IMG/VR virus record: IMGVR_UViG_3300047496_000053 | Location: 7,305-71,304 of that record | Direction: 5' to 3' (one strand) | Origin: a virus | DNA: 64,000 bases | Shown here: positions 16,992 to 25,935 of the stretch, in pieces | Position numbering within the stretch: position 1 is the first letter of the stretch | Layout of the letters: each line of letters begins with the position of its first letter | Program-made: the position numbers and the translations under genes | The notes under the pieces: model-generated | Told to the model about the DNA's origin: nothing | Databases searched by the model: none | The model's input: only the letters and a program-made list of their open reading frames with translations

Positions 16992-17270
16992 ATGACCACC
17001 AATCACACCTCAACGCCGTGGATTGTCAAACCGTCTAGCGGCGGAATCGCAAAAGGTTTCGATGTTATGTGCGGCGGCAATCGGATGGCATTTGTAGCGG
17101 CCAATCCGAGAGCCCGCGAACGTGCGCAACACATTGCCGATTGCGTCAATCAGTGCGACGCAGCCGTGTCCGCCATCAAAGAATGGGTCTCTTACGAACA
17201 GTCATTCGGGGACGTGGAGCGCATCCCGCCCAAAGCCCGCGCCGCCATCGCCAAAGCAAAGGGAGAGTGA
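16992..17270 (+). CDS. MTTNHT-family small protein
   Basis: GGAG RBS; MTTNHTSTPW...ARAAIAKAKGE. Confidence 0.7.
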   Translation: MTTNHTSTPWIVKPSSGGIAKGFDVMCGGNRMAFVAANPRARERAQHIADCVNQCDAAVSAIKEWVSYEQSFGDVERIPPKARAAIAKAKGE

Positions 17271-17271
17271 C

Positions 17272-17481
17272 ATGCCTGTCGGTGGATGGGTCGAAGGGGT
17301 CTGGTACTGCATAGGCTTCTTCGACGCCAACATGAAGATGCAGTGGGGGCCGATCCTGAAATACATCGGGGAAGGCCAATGGATAGACGAGGCGGAAGAG
17401 CCGGTGACCTCCCTTTGGGATCCGGTCCTGCAACACCACGTCGCAATGGACGCGGCAGACGCATACCAGCCGCAAAGCTGA
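17272..17481 (+). CDS. Hypothetical protein
   Basis: GGAG RBS, packed ORF. Confidence 0.55.
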   Translation: MPVGGWVEGVWYCIGFFDANMKMQWGPILKYIGEGQWIDEAEEPVTSLWDPVLQHHVAMDAADAYQPQS

Positions 17482-17491
17482 AAGGACGATC

Positions 17492-17713
17492 ATGAAGGTT
17501 CGAGTCAATGGGAACTATGTCTTCAACGCGGTGGGCATGGACATCTACGCCCCGGCCCACCAGGGTCTTGCCAATGGCGATCGCGTGAAGGTCATCAACA
17601 AGCACGGGTGCCCGCCCGCTAACACCATGGGGTGCTGCTACGTGGAGCGCGCCGGGAAGTTCATGGGGATGGTGCTTTGTAATTCCCTCGAACCAGCCCC
17701 GAAAACCGCTTGA
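17492..17713 (+). CDS. Hypothetical protein
   Basis: AAGGA RBS; GCPPANTMGCCYV; stop lies inside the next -35 box. Confidence 0.65.
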   Translation: MKVRVNGNYVFNAVGMDIYAPAHQGLANGDRVKVINKHGCPPANTMGCCYVERAGKFMGMVLCNSLEPAPKTA

Positions 17714-17738
17714 CGAATCGTACGGAGTAGCGTACATT
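17710..17738 (+). promoter_or_regulatory. Early promoter 2
   Basis: TTGACG-AATCGTACGGAGTAGCG-TACATT. Confidence 0.8.
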
Positions 17739-17772
17739 CGAATTGTTGGTTGGATGGATTCGAAAGGATGGC

Positions 17773-17944
17773 CATGCAAAAAAAGATGCACTTCGAACGG
17801 CAGCGCCACGATGGGGCGATGTGCGTTCACACACTGGCCCGCGGCACGCTACGGGTCACTGTTGAGGTCCAGCGCGTAACTTGCGCGAAGTGTCTCAAGA
17901 TAATGGCAGAGCGCGGCATCCAGGTTCCAGCGGTTCAACTCTGA
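17773..17944 (+). CDS. Small Zn-finger-like protein (start approximate)
   Basis: AAGGA RBS; H...C...VTCAKC. Confidence 0.5.
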
Positions 17945-17954
17945 AAGGACGATC

Positions 17955-18206
17955 ATGTTCGGACAAATCGGGCTCCACGTAATTCAGTTCCCCTCGGGGG
18001 TGTACGGCTTCGTCGGGATGATACCGATCCAGCTTTGCCGCGAGCTTCCGGCCGATCGTTCCGCAGTGATGGGGCAGCGCGCAGTGCGCAACGCCGCGGG
18101 CGCGCTGGTCGAGTATCGCACCATGCTATTCGAGACCGGCGTGGCCGCGGTCGAATTCGCGGTGAACGCTGGATTCCAGCCGAGGAATGCAGAGGAATTC
18201 GCTTGA
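17955..18206 (+). CDS. Hypothetical protein
   Basis: AAGGA RBS; stop lies inside the next -35 box. Confidence 0.6.
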   Translation: MFGQIGLHVIQFPSGVYGFVGMIPIQLCRELPADRSAVMGQRAVRNAAGALVEYRTMLFETGVAAVEFAVNAGFQPRNAEEFA

Positions 18207-18231
18207 CTTCCAGTACGGACCGGCGTACATT
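18203..18231 (+). promoter_or_regulatory. Early promoter 3
   Basis: TTGACT-TCCAGTACGGACCGGCG-TACATT. Confidence 0.8.
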
Positions 18232-18260
18232 CTAGGTGTTGGCTCACTGAAAGGGAAATC

Positions 18261-18611
18261 ATGGCTCGATTCGTTGGAAAGCTGTTCGTGAAGGATGGCG
18301 ATTGCTACCAATACCCGGTCGCGAACGGCGCCTATCGCTTCGTGGCTCGGTTCAAGTATGGCCGTGCCGGGTGGGGCGATTTCAAGAAGTTCCTCATGGC
18401 GAACTTCCAGGTTGAGGAATACTTCGCCCTCTACGATCAAGGCATCGCGCCATTGCTGATACTGGAGCGCAAGGGATATGTCCATCCGAACATCCGCAGG
18501 ATATGCGCGCGCCACGGATACCCGCAGACGAAGGCGGGGTGGGAAGCCTGTTTTGCAATGCTCGGCAAGAAAGGCTTCGCCTACCTCGGCCAAGATTCGG
18601 TGCCAGCATGA
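18261..18611 (+). CDS. Hypothetical protein
   Basis: AAGGGA RBS; RFVARFKYG...FLMANF.VEEYF. Confidence 0.65.
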   Translation: MARFVGKLFVKDGDCYQYPVANGAYRFVARFKYGRAGWGDFKKFLMANFQVEEYFALYDQGIAPLLILERKGYVHPNIRRICARHGYPQTKAGWEACFAMLGKKGFAYLGQDSVPA

Positions 18612-19111
18612 GCGCCGGTCTCTATGCGGTGGTTAAGCTACCGCGCCTCACCAACGGGTGCACATGGAATGGCTACCGGATCGTGAAGCGGTTCAATTCG
18701 TGGTGCGCTATGCAATCGGACAAGACGGTCATGAGCGCCGCCACCGCGGGGCGCCTCGCCGAGAAGATCAACGATGCAGTTCTGAACGTGAAGGGCACAA
18801 ACATGACCACCAATCACACCCCAACGCCTTGGGAAAATCAAGATGGGATCAGCATTTTTTCTGCCGATGACCATGAAATAGCTAACACTTCGCGTCGCCA
18901 TCTATCAAACGCCGAGGCTTGCGCCAATGCCGCCCATATCGTCCGCTGCGTCAATGCTCACGACGAATTGGTCGCGGCGCTGGAAGCGGTTGCCGATGCG
19001 ATCTACGAATACGGGAATACCGACGTAGACGACATCGCTCGCGCGCAATGGTCCAAGGTAATAGACGCCGGACACGCCGCCCGCGCCGCTCTTGAAAAGG
19101 TGCAGGCATGA
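18608..19111 (+). CDS. Hypothetical protein fused in frame to an MTTNHT module (internal ATG 18803)
   Basis: Contains MTTNHTPTPW...NAAHIVRCVNAHDELVAALE...ARAALEKVQA. Confidence 0.6.
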   Translation: MSAGLYAVVKLPRLTNGCTWNGYRIVKRFNSWCAMQSDKTVMSAATAGRLAEKINDAVLNVKGTNMTTNHTPTPWENQDGISIFSADDHEIANTSRRHLSNAEACANAAHIVRCVNAHDELVAALEAVADAIYEYGNTDVDDIARAQWSKVIDAGHAARAALEKVQA

Positions 19112-19302
19112 CCACCAATCACACCCCCGGACCGGAACTTGTCTCGGAGTTTCCCGAGGGAACCAAGTTCCATTTTTTTCAAAATGCATTCGACGCCGAC
19201 GATAAAGGTTGGCTAATTGGCCTCAAATGGGATCGAGGTTTTTCGTGGATGGACGTTGCCGAAGCCCGCGCCGCCCTTGCCCGCGCCAAGGGGGAAGCAT
19301 GA
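19108..19302 (+). CDS. MTTNHT-family small protein
   Basis: MTTNHTPGP...ARAALARAKGEA. Confidence 0.65.
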   Translation: MTTNHTPGPELVSEFPEGTKFHFFQNAFDADDKGWLIGLKWDRGFSWMDVAEARAALARAKGEA

Positions 19303-19535
19303 ACGTCCGCACCGTCACGATTCCGGCTTGCGTAGAACACGACGGCTATCACGTTGTCACCGTCACGCTGCCGTGGATTTGTCTTCACTGCGGCGGCCCC
19401 CGAGGAAAGCCGTTCAGGACCGTCAGTTATGACGGAAGCCGACGACTGGTGGTGCACGGTTGGACGAACCCGTGCGGGCACGTTGAAAAGTATTCGCAGG
19501 TCCGCGCCGCCCTTGCCCGCACCAAAGGAGAATGA
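19299..19535 (+). CDS. Small Zn-ribbon protein
   Basis: CLHCGGPRG...WTNPCGH; ends RAALARTKGE. Confidence 0.65.
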   Translation: MNVRTVTIPACVEHDGYHVVTVTLPWICLHCGGPRGKPFRTVSYDGSRRLVVHGWTNPCGHVEKYSQVRAALARTKGE

Positions 19536-19536
19536 C

Positions 19537-19809
19537 ATGACCACCAATCACACCCCTACGCCGTGGCACGAAGGACGGTACGGCGTTTGCGCCGATACGA
19601 CTGGCTACGGACGCACTCACGCACAGGTTGCGCTGTGCGAGAACCCCGCCGACTCCGCCCACATCGTCCGCTGTGTCAACGCCTACGATGAACTGGTTGC
19701 GGCGCTGGAAGAAATCGACCGGATAGCTCTAAGCCACCCATACGCCGCGATGACGTGCGGAGACGTTGCCAACATCGCCCGCGCCGCTCTTGCAAAGGTG
19801 CAAGCATGA
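19537..19809 (+). CDS. MTTNHT-family small protein
   Basis: MTTNHTPTPW...AHIVRCVNAYDELVAALE...ARAALAKVQA. Confidence 0.7.
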   Translation: MTTNHTPTPWHEGRYGVCADTTGYGRTHAQVALCENPADSAHIVRCVNAYDELVAALEEIDRIALSHPYAAMTCGDVANIARAALAKVQA

Positions 19810-20024
19810 GCGCTACGCACGCAGGACTGCCCGACACCTACGGGCTGCTGATGGAACAAGGCAATGAGCATGGCCTAGGCGGCACTGCATTGCAGGCGTA
19901 CCGCGCCGGGATTGCAGGAAATCCATGCCCGCGATTCATCCCGAAAAACGGCTCGGCAGCGCATCAGGCATGGCGCGCAGGACGCGATACCGCCAGCGCC
20001 GCTTTCGCAAAGGTGGAGCCGTAA
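19806..20024 (+). CDS. Hypothetical protein
   Basis: ATGA-coupled; AYRAG...CP...AWRAG. Confidence 0.55.
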   Translation: MSATHAGLPDTYGLLMEQGNEHGLGGTALQAYRAGIAGNPCPRFIPKNGSAAHQAWRAGRDTASAAFAKVEP

Positions 20025-20278
20025 TGTTCAAGGTTCAGCGCAAGCTCTGCGCGACGTGCATCTACCGGCCTGAATCGCCCCTGGATCTGGCCAAGCTCGA
20101 AGCCGACGTGGCCGATAGATACGGCGGTTTCCGGTGTCACCGGATCTGCCACCATTCCAAAGACGTGTGCTGTCGCGGATTTTGGGAAGTGCACAAGGAC
20201 GAGTTCCCCATGGGGCGGATAGCGCAGCGACTCGGGATGGTCGAATTCGTCGATGTCGACACGCTGAAAAAGGCTTGA
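20024..20278 (+). CDS. Small Cys/His-rich protein
   Basis: CATCIY...ICHH...CCRGF; stop lies inside the next -35 box. Confidence 0.65.
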   Translation: MFKVQRKLCATCIYRPESPLDLAKLEADVADRYGGFRCHRICHHSKDVCCRGFWEVHKDEFPMGRIAQRLGMVEFVDVDTLKKA

Positions 20279-20303
20279 CAGAGCGTACGGAACCCCGTAT
20301 GCT
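20275..20303 (+). promoter_or_regulatory. Early promoter 4
   Basis: TTGACA-GAGCGTACGGAACCCCG-TATGCT. Confidence 0.8.
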
Positions 20304-20337
20304 CTGTCTTGTTGGTTGGCTGATTGAAAGGAATGCC

Positions 20338-20553
20338 ATGCAAGTCGCCGCGTTGGAAATCCAAGGACCGCCGCTTGAAGCCGCGGCGCGCATCGGCCGG
20401 GCAGGCGGAAAGATCCACCCCGTTATCGTCTACGCTGACGGGTACATGACATTTCGGTGCTGTTGCGCCGGGACAGCGAACGGCGCCGCGCGGAACTTCG
20501 CTCTCGCCAACGGTCTGTTTCTCGGCGTCCCGGCAACGTGCAGAGGTAGATGA
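20338..20553 (+). CDS. Hypothetical protein
   Basis: AAGGA RBS; KIHP...CCCAGT. Confidence 0.55.
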   Translation: MQVAALEIQGPPLEAAARIGRAGGKIHPVIVYADGYMTFRCCCAGTANGAARNFALANGLFLGVPATCRGR

Positions 20554-20643
20554 CTCGGAGGAAAGGCTTCGGGCCTTTCTCCCGCGCCATTAGGTGAGGG
20601 CAGCGCCGCGCTGATTCGTGGGCAAACTGAAAGGGAATTCGAT

Positions 20644-21735
20644 ATGGCACGCATGGGAAAAAGTCTGGTAGACCTCGCAACCGAAATCGAGCGCCGCGCA
20701 TCGGCGAAACAGGACTTGATCGCGCCGGTCGAGAAGCTGTCGATCGAGGTCGAAAATCACCAGCCGGTTCTGGCGGTTCACAACGGGGACATTCATACGT
20801 TCCCGATCAACACGGTGGCGGGCGGGCAGATCGCCGAATTCACCGGCATCCCCAAGCAATACTTCGATCGCATGGCCAATCAGGCGCCGGAACTCTTCGC
20901 CGCTTCCTGCAACCGCTGGTTTCAGGACAAGGCCCAAGAGCGTCGCATGGTCCGCATCCTGGACCAGCGCAACCGGGCCTTCCTGAGCGACAAGTACCGC
21001 ACGCTCGAAAACGAAGACCTCGCCGACGTGGTGCTTCCGCTCTTGCTCGATCTGAAGCTGATGTTTCTGTCCTGCGAAATCACAGATCGCCGCATGTATA
21101 TCAAGTGCGTCGACACGTCGATCGAGAAGGACATCCCGACCGGCAAGCACATGGGCGACGGTGGCCACACGATCTTCGACACGGTGAGCCCGGGAATCGT
21201 TATCAGCAATTCGGAGACCGGCAGCGGGCGCCTCAGCGTGGAAACCTCGATCTATACCGGGGGATGCACGAACCTTGCGATGTTCGGTGCGAGCTTCAAG
21301 AAGCACCACTTGGGAAGCCGGGCCGACATCAGCGACGACGTGTACGCGCTCTTGAGCGATGACACCCGCAAGGCCACGGACACCGCGATCTGGAAGCAAG
21401 TCGCGGACGTGGTGAAGGGAGCCTTCGATGCAGCACGTTTCCAGGCCAATATCCAAAAGCTCGGACAGGCCGCGGAAATCAAGATCCCGGCCGCGAACGT
21501 CATCGAGGTCGTGGAGCGTGTCGGGCGCAAGTTCACGCTGAACGAGGCCATCCGCAAGGGGGTGCTCGAACGCATGATCGAAGGCGGTGACCTCACCCTG
21601 TACGGCCTTCACAGTGCGGTCACGCGCCACAGTGCGGACGTGGAAGACTACGACGATGCGACGGTGCTGGAACGGATCGGCGGCGACATCATCGAGCTTC
21701 CGGCCAGTTCGATCAAGGAACTGATCGGAGCCTAG
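20644..21735 (+). CDS. DUF932/DUF945-like protein
   Basis: RAFLSDKYRTLEN, ISNSETGSG, CTNL, HLG motifs. Confidence 0.75.
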   Translation: MARMGKSLVDLATEIERRASAKQDLIAPVEKLSIEVENHQPVLAVHNGDIHTFPINTVAGGQIAEFTGIPKQYFDRMANQAPELFAASCNRWFQDKAQERRMVRILDQRNRAFLSDKYRTLENEDLADVVLPLLLDLKLMFLSCEITDRRMYIKCVDTSIEKDIPTGKHMGDGGHTIFDTVSPGIVISNSETGSGRLSVETSIYTGGCTNLAMFGASFKKHHLGSRADISDDVYALLSDDTRKATDTAIWKQVADVVKGAFDAARFQANIQKLGQAAEIKIPAANVIEVVERVGRKFTLNEAIRKGVLERMIEGGDLTLYGLHSAVTRHSADVEDYDDATVLERIGGDIIELPASSIKELIGA

Positions 21736-21871
21736 TCGGAGCCCCGGACGACTCAAAGCGGCCCGGGGATGGTAGCCGAACCAATGGGGGCGGAACGAAA
21801 GCCCCCTCAGTGAATGAGCCGACGTTCGACCGCAAGCGACCCGGCAAGCAAACGGCAGGCGTGCAGCGGCA

Positions 21872-21899
21872 GGGGACCAGAAATGGTCCCCGTTTTTTT
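21872..21899 (+). terminator. Intrinsic terminator
   Basis: GGGGACC-AGAAAT-GGTCCCC followed by GTTTTTTT. Confidence 0.8.
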
Positions 21900-21910
21900 G
21901 CATATTCCGC

Positions 21911-21938
21911 TTGACATCCGTACGGACTGGCGTACACT
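21911..21938 (+). promoter_or_regulatory. Early promoter 5
   Basis: TTGACA-TCCGTACGGACTGGCG-TACACT (16-nt spacer). Confidence 0.75.
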
Positions 21939-21971
21939 CGGGGTTGTCGGTTCTTTTCTCTGGAGGTCGAA

Positions 21972-22370
21972 ATGGTTGCTGCGGTTGCTGGTCCCCTCGG
22001 GTTTCAGATGCTCTACGAAAGAGCCCTCGCGGCCGGTGCCGCGGCCGGTCAAAACGCTGCGCCGGTCCCGATGGTCATCGGGCAGGTTCACCCGGTCACT
22101 GGCGACTTACTGCCCGGGCGCCCGATCCATATCGCGCCAGATGGCCCATGCGGTTTCGCGTGGGTGGCGATCCGGCCTGCGAACGGCGGGTTTGCGAAGT
22201 GGTTGCGCGCCAATGGGCAGGCCCGGCGCGGCCGGTACGGGAAGGGGATCGAATGGCCGGTTCGCCAGTTCGGTCAGAGCTTCGTGCGCAAGGAAGCTGC
22301 GGCGCGGGCCATGGCCGCGGTGCTGGAAGAGGCGGGCATCCAAGCGTACGCCGATTGCATGATGGATTGA
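21972..22370 (+). CDS. Conserved hypothetical phage protein
   Basis: GGAGG RBS; GPCGFAWV...FAKWL...QS..RKEAAA. Confidence 0.7.
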   Translation: MVAAVAGPLGFQMLYERALAAGAAAGQNAAPVPMVIGQVHPVTGDLLPGRPIHIAPDGPCGFAWVAIRPANGGFAKWLRANGQARRGRYGKGIEWPVRQFGQSFVRKEAAARAMAAVLEEAGIQAYADCMMD

Positions 22371-22391
22371 TTTTTCTGAAGGGAGGTTGAA

Positions 22392-22679
22392 ATGGGCATT
22401 GCGGAAGAACTGGCCGAGGCCCAGGCCGAGATTGTCGGGAACGTGCACGGGCAACCGATTTCGAGGAAGGCGATGCAAGCGGCCTTCGAGCTTGTGCAAA
22501 ACCGCGAGAACTGGAAGCTGCCCATCGACGCGGTTGTCGCGATCGAGTCGGACTTCGAGCGCGAACTGATCTACCACGCGGTCATGTTCTACACGGGCAG
22601 CATTGCGCAGTTCTATCGCCAGGGGCCCGTGCAGTACCGGGTGCGCGCCATGGGGTACTACGCGGCGGTGGGTGCGTGA
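22392..22679 (+). CDS. Hypothetical protein
   Basis: GGAGG RBS; NWKLPID...FYTGS...GYY. Confidence 0.7.
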   Translation: MGIAEELAEAQAEIVGNVHGQPISRKAMQAAFELVQNRENWKLPIDAVVAIESDFERELIYHAVMFYTGSIAQFYRQGPVQYRVRAMGYYAAVGA

Positions 22680-23479
22680 TGCTGGACCTCGTGAAGAGCG
22701 TTAGCGTCGAAAACCTTGCGAACCAGCGCGCGGCGGTCCAGGTACGGATCGCCGAGGCGATGAAGCTGATCGACGAGGCCCAGGCGATCGCCAGCGCCGC
22801 GAACCTCGGGTTCCCGGACCTACGTCACCACCAGGGCTATCGGAGCGACTACAGCCTCGTTTCGCAGGCCGTGAGTAGCCTTCCGGACCTCATGAAGACT
22901 GTCGATGCCGGTGGCTGGCAATGGCTCATGAGCGAATCGGGCCTGCGGACCTTCATGGACGCCGAAACCCGCCACAAGTGGGACGAAGGCTTGACGAATG
23001 GCGACGCGCCAGACCTCACCCCGGCCAACATCGCTGCGACGTTCCGGACCATGTACGACAACCGCGGCTCGATGTTCGAGCAAGGCGTGGTCAAAGCCTT
23101 CAAGGGACTGTCGTGGGACTACAAAACCAACTTGCCCCAAAAGTTCGGCAAGCGCCTTGTGATGACCTACCTCTGTTATGCCTACGGCATGAACCATAAC
23201 AAGACCGATCAACTAGATGACCTCGTGCGCGTGCTGTCTGTCGTCGATGGGAAGCCAGAGCCCGACCACCGGGACGGAATGTACCGGGTGCTGAGCCGCA
23301 CGCATAGCCCCCAATCTGGCGTGAAGGGTTGGCCCAAGGTCGCCGAGACCGACTACATGACCGTGAAGCTCTTCAAGAACGGCAACGGTCACATCACCTT
23401 CAAGCGGTTGGATATGGTCGACAAGCTCAACGCGATCATCGCGAAGAATTTCCCCGGATGCCTGCCAGCGCCGAAGTGA
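22676..23479 (+). CDS. DUF4942-like protein
   Basis: LMSESGLRTFMD, LSWDYKTN..KFGK, FKNGNGHITFKR. Confidence 0.75.
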   Translation: MMLDLVKSVSVENLANQRAAVQVRIAEAMKLIDEAQAIASAANLGFPDLRHHQGYRSDYSLVSQAVSSLPDLMKTVDAGGWQWLMSESGLRTFMDAETRHKWDEGLTNGDAPDLTPANIAATFRTMYDNRGSMFEQGVVKAFKGLSWDYKTNLPQKFGKRLVMTYLCYAYGMNHNKTDQLDDLVRVLSVVDGKPEPDHRDGMYRVLSRTHSPQSGVKGWPKVAETDYMTVKLFKNGNGHITFKRLDMVDKLNAIIAKNFPGCLPAPK

Positions 23480-23498
23480 AGATTTTTTCGAAAAGTGC

Positions 23499-23527
23499 TT
23501 GACGTGCCGTACGGACCGGCGTACGAT
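23499..23527 (+). promoter_or_regulatory. Early promoter 6
   Basis: TTGACG-TGCCGTACGGACCGGCG-TACGAT. Confidence 0.8.
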
Positions 23528-23561
23528 TGGGGTTGTTGGTTCTGACATTGAAAGGATAGCC

Positions 23562-24242
23562 ATGCAACAGTTCCCCCGCGATTTTTACCTTCCGGCCCAA
23601 TGCAAGGGACGCCCCGCCGACATCCGCGTGATCCCGCTCGGTGTCGAGGTCTTCTTCTACGAGGTCGCCGCCAAGGTGTACGCGATCGGCTTTCGCGGCA
23701 AAGCTCTCAAGCCTGCCTTCCATGAGCGCTACAGCACGGCCGAGCACCGCGCCCAGGTCGTCCAGGAATGGATCGGGCGGCTCCAAAAGTACGCCGACGA
23801 GAAGGTCGCCGCGCGCGAGGCCAAGAAGGCTTGGCAGCACGGCCTGAAGGTGGGCGACATCTTCGTGTGCTCGTGGGGTTATGACCAGACGAACATCGAT
23901 TACTTCGAGGTCGTCGGTCTCCACGGCAAGTCGGTCGACGTGCTCGAAATCGGTTGCCAGTCTGTCGAAGTGGCTTGGGCTCAGGGCAAGAGCGTTCCGG
24001 CGCCCGGCCAGTACGTCGAGGTCGCCGATTACAGCCCCGCGGGCAAGGCGCATTACGCGGTCCATGGGTACTACCCAAAGAAGGTGCCAGCGCCGCGCAG
24101 AATGGTCCCGCAACGCGGTTACGACGGCAAGCCGCGCCTCGCGATCCATAGCTTCGCCAGCGCCTACAAGATGGAACCGCTTGCCACTTCGGTCCCGGGC
24201 TTGAAGGTGTACCGCGAGCACCACTGGACGGCGTATGCCTGA
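23562..24242 (+). CDS. Hypothetical protein
   Basis: AAGGA RBS; VGDIFVCSWGYDQTNIDYFEV. Confidence 0.7.
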   Translation: MQQFPRDFYLPAQCKGRPADIRVIPLGVEVFFYEVAAKVYAIGFRGKALKPAFHERYSTAEHRAQVVQEWIGRLQKYADEKVAAREAKKAWQHGLKVGDIFVCSWGYDQTNIDYFEVVGLHGKSVDVLEIGCQSVEVAWAQGKSVPAPGQYVEVADYSPAGKAHYAVHGYYPKKVPAPRRMVPQRGYDGKPRLAIHSFASAYKMEPLATSVPGLKVYREHHWTAYA

Positions 24243-24255
24243 ACGTAAATAGTAG

Positions 24256-24284
24256 TTGACGGAGCGTACGGAACAGCGTATGCT
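24256..24284 (+). promoter_or_regulatory. Early promoter 7
   Basis: TTGACG-GAGCGTACGGAACAGCG-TATGCT. Confidence 0.8.
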
Positions 24285-24460
24285 CTGTTTTGTGGGATGA
24301 GAAAGGAGGTTCGCGAAATGCAGCAAGTTCACTATTTGTTCATCGTTCGGCGCGGTGTCGCGCACGTCATGGATTGGCTTGGCAATCGCGTCAGCCGCGA
24401 TATGCCGGTCGCCTTGGCGCGCGCCAACGTGGCTCGCCACAACGCCGCGGTGGGGTTGTG

Positions 24461-25102
24461 ATGCGCGGGATGCGCGGCGTTCGAGATTCGCAGCGGTCCC
24501 GCGTGTATGCGTGGGAAAACCGCTTCAGCCGGTGGAAGGGTGACCGGCCGCGGATGGAAAAGCTCGAAGAGGTCGAAGCGTGGCTTACCCCGATCTGGCG
24601 CAAGGAACGCGGTCGGGTGGGACTTGCCCGGCAGCGGGCTCCGGAGGTCTCCAGGAAACTATGGGGACAGCGCAGGGCCACGGCTGACGACAATCACGTC
24701 CTGAAATTTCCCAAGTGGGCGCGCACGACGACGGTTATCCTTCACGAAATGGCCCACCGGCTCACGCCATTCGATGAGGCCCACGGCCCGCGGTTCGTCG
24801 GGGTGTTCATCGGCCTGATGGCCCGGTGGGACGATCGGGACGCCGCGGAACTGATGGCGCTGGCCGACGAAATGGGCGTCAAGTACCACGTCCGCTCGAT
24901 CGGGCTCGTGCCGGTGATCCCGCTGCACCGCAAGATCCGCGAGTACATGACGAAGCCGCGGCACGGGAGCCCGATGCGCCGAGCCCACGAGGTTCAGGTG
25001 GCCATAGAACTCGGGGTGCACTGGCGGCAGGTGCGCGGGGCGGTCATGGCCTCGTGTGGAGCGCTCAAGATGCGCGGCCGGATGGTCCAGGTGGAAGCGT
25101 GA
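24461..25102 (+). CDS. HExxH zinc-metallopeptidase-like protein
   Basis: RDSQRSRVYAWE, VILHEMAH, HGPRF. Confidence 0.7.
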   Translation: MRGMRGVRDSQRSRVYAWENRFSRWKGDRPRMEKLEEVEAWLTPIWRKERGRVGLARQRAPEVSRKLWGQRRATADDNHVLKFPKWARTTTVILHEMAHRLTPFDEAHGPRFVGVFIGLMARWDDRDAAELMALADEMGVKYHVRSIGLVPVIPLHRKIREYMTKPRHGSPMRRAHEVQVAIELGVHWRQVRGAVMASCGALKMRGRMVQVEA

Positions 25103-25268
25103 TGGCCGCGCTCTGTGCCTTCGCGCTTGTCATGTGGACCGCGGGCATCTGGTTGATCGCGACTGGCCTAGCCCATCGCGAATTCATCCGGTCGATGCGG
25201 CCGATTCTGGAACAGGAAGAGAAACGCCGCCGCGCGCTCGCGGCTTACGGAAAGGGGGAAGTGGTGCA

Positions 25269-25886
25269 ATGAATCGGATCATCATGGTTTCCGGCTTCGG
25301 CCGGTGCGGAAGCTCGCTGGTCATGCAGATGCTCGAAGCCGGGGGCGTGCCCATGACCGGCGAGTACCCGGCTTTCGAGGCCAGGGAAGCGGGGGCGAAC
25401 GTGGTCGGCGGCACGATTTCGAAGGAATGGCTCGCGACCATCCCGGGGCACGCGATCAAGGTGCTGGACCCGCAGAATGGCAAGATCCCCTCGTGGGACT
25501 TCCGCATCATTTGGTGCCAGCGCGACACCCGGCAACAGGCGCTTTCGCAAACGAAGTTCCTCAAGACCGTCATGGGGATGCGCGTCAACCCGAACGTGGT
25601 CAGGGACTACGAGTCTTCCTACTGGCGCGATTTCCCCGCCGCGATTCGCGCGCTCGAAGCCACTGGCCCGCACCCGATCCTGAAGATCGACTTCGAGAGC
25701 ATCATCGACGATCCCATGCAGGCCGCGCACATGATCGCCATCCACGTAGGCGGGCCGCTCGATATATCGGCCATGGCCCGCGTACCGCTTCCCCGGTCTA
25801 CGATTTGCGCGGTGGGGATGGACATCGAAGTCGGCCTCATACGGCAGCGCAAAGCCGCCACCCGCGCGCCCGGATCGCTTGCGTAA
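25269..25886 (+). CDS. Sulfotransferase-like P-loop protein
   Basis: IMVSGFGRCGSSLVMQML (PAPS-binding-like loop), IWCQRD...ALSQ, IDFESIIDDP. Confidence 0.65.
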   Translation: MNRIIMVSGFGRCGSSLVMQMLEAGGVPMTGEYPAFEAREAGANVVGGTISKEWLATIPGHAIKVLDPQNGKIPSWDFRIIWCQRDTRQQALSQTKFLKTVMGMRVNPNVVRDYESSYWRDFPAAIRALEATGPHPILKIDFESIIDDPMQAAHMIAIHVGGPLDISAMARVPLPRSTICAVGMDIEVGLIRQRKAATRAPGSLA

Positions 25887-25935
25887 AGCGTACCTTATCC
25901 CTTATCATCAGCAAACGATCTAACCAGGGAATCCC

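Noticed and set aside
21781-21823. Hammerhead ribozyme
   Set aside because: GAAA is present but the CUGANGA core is missing; kept only as a generic structured RNA candidate.
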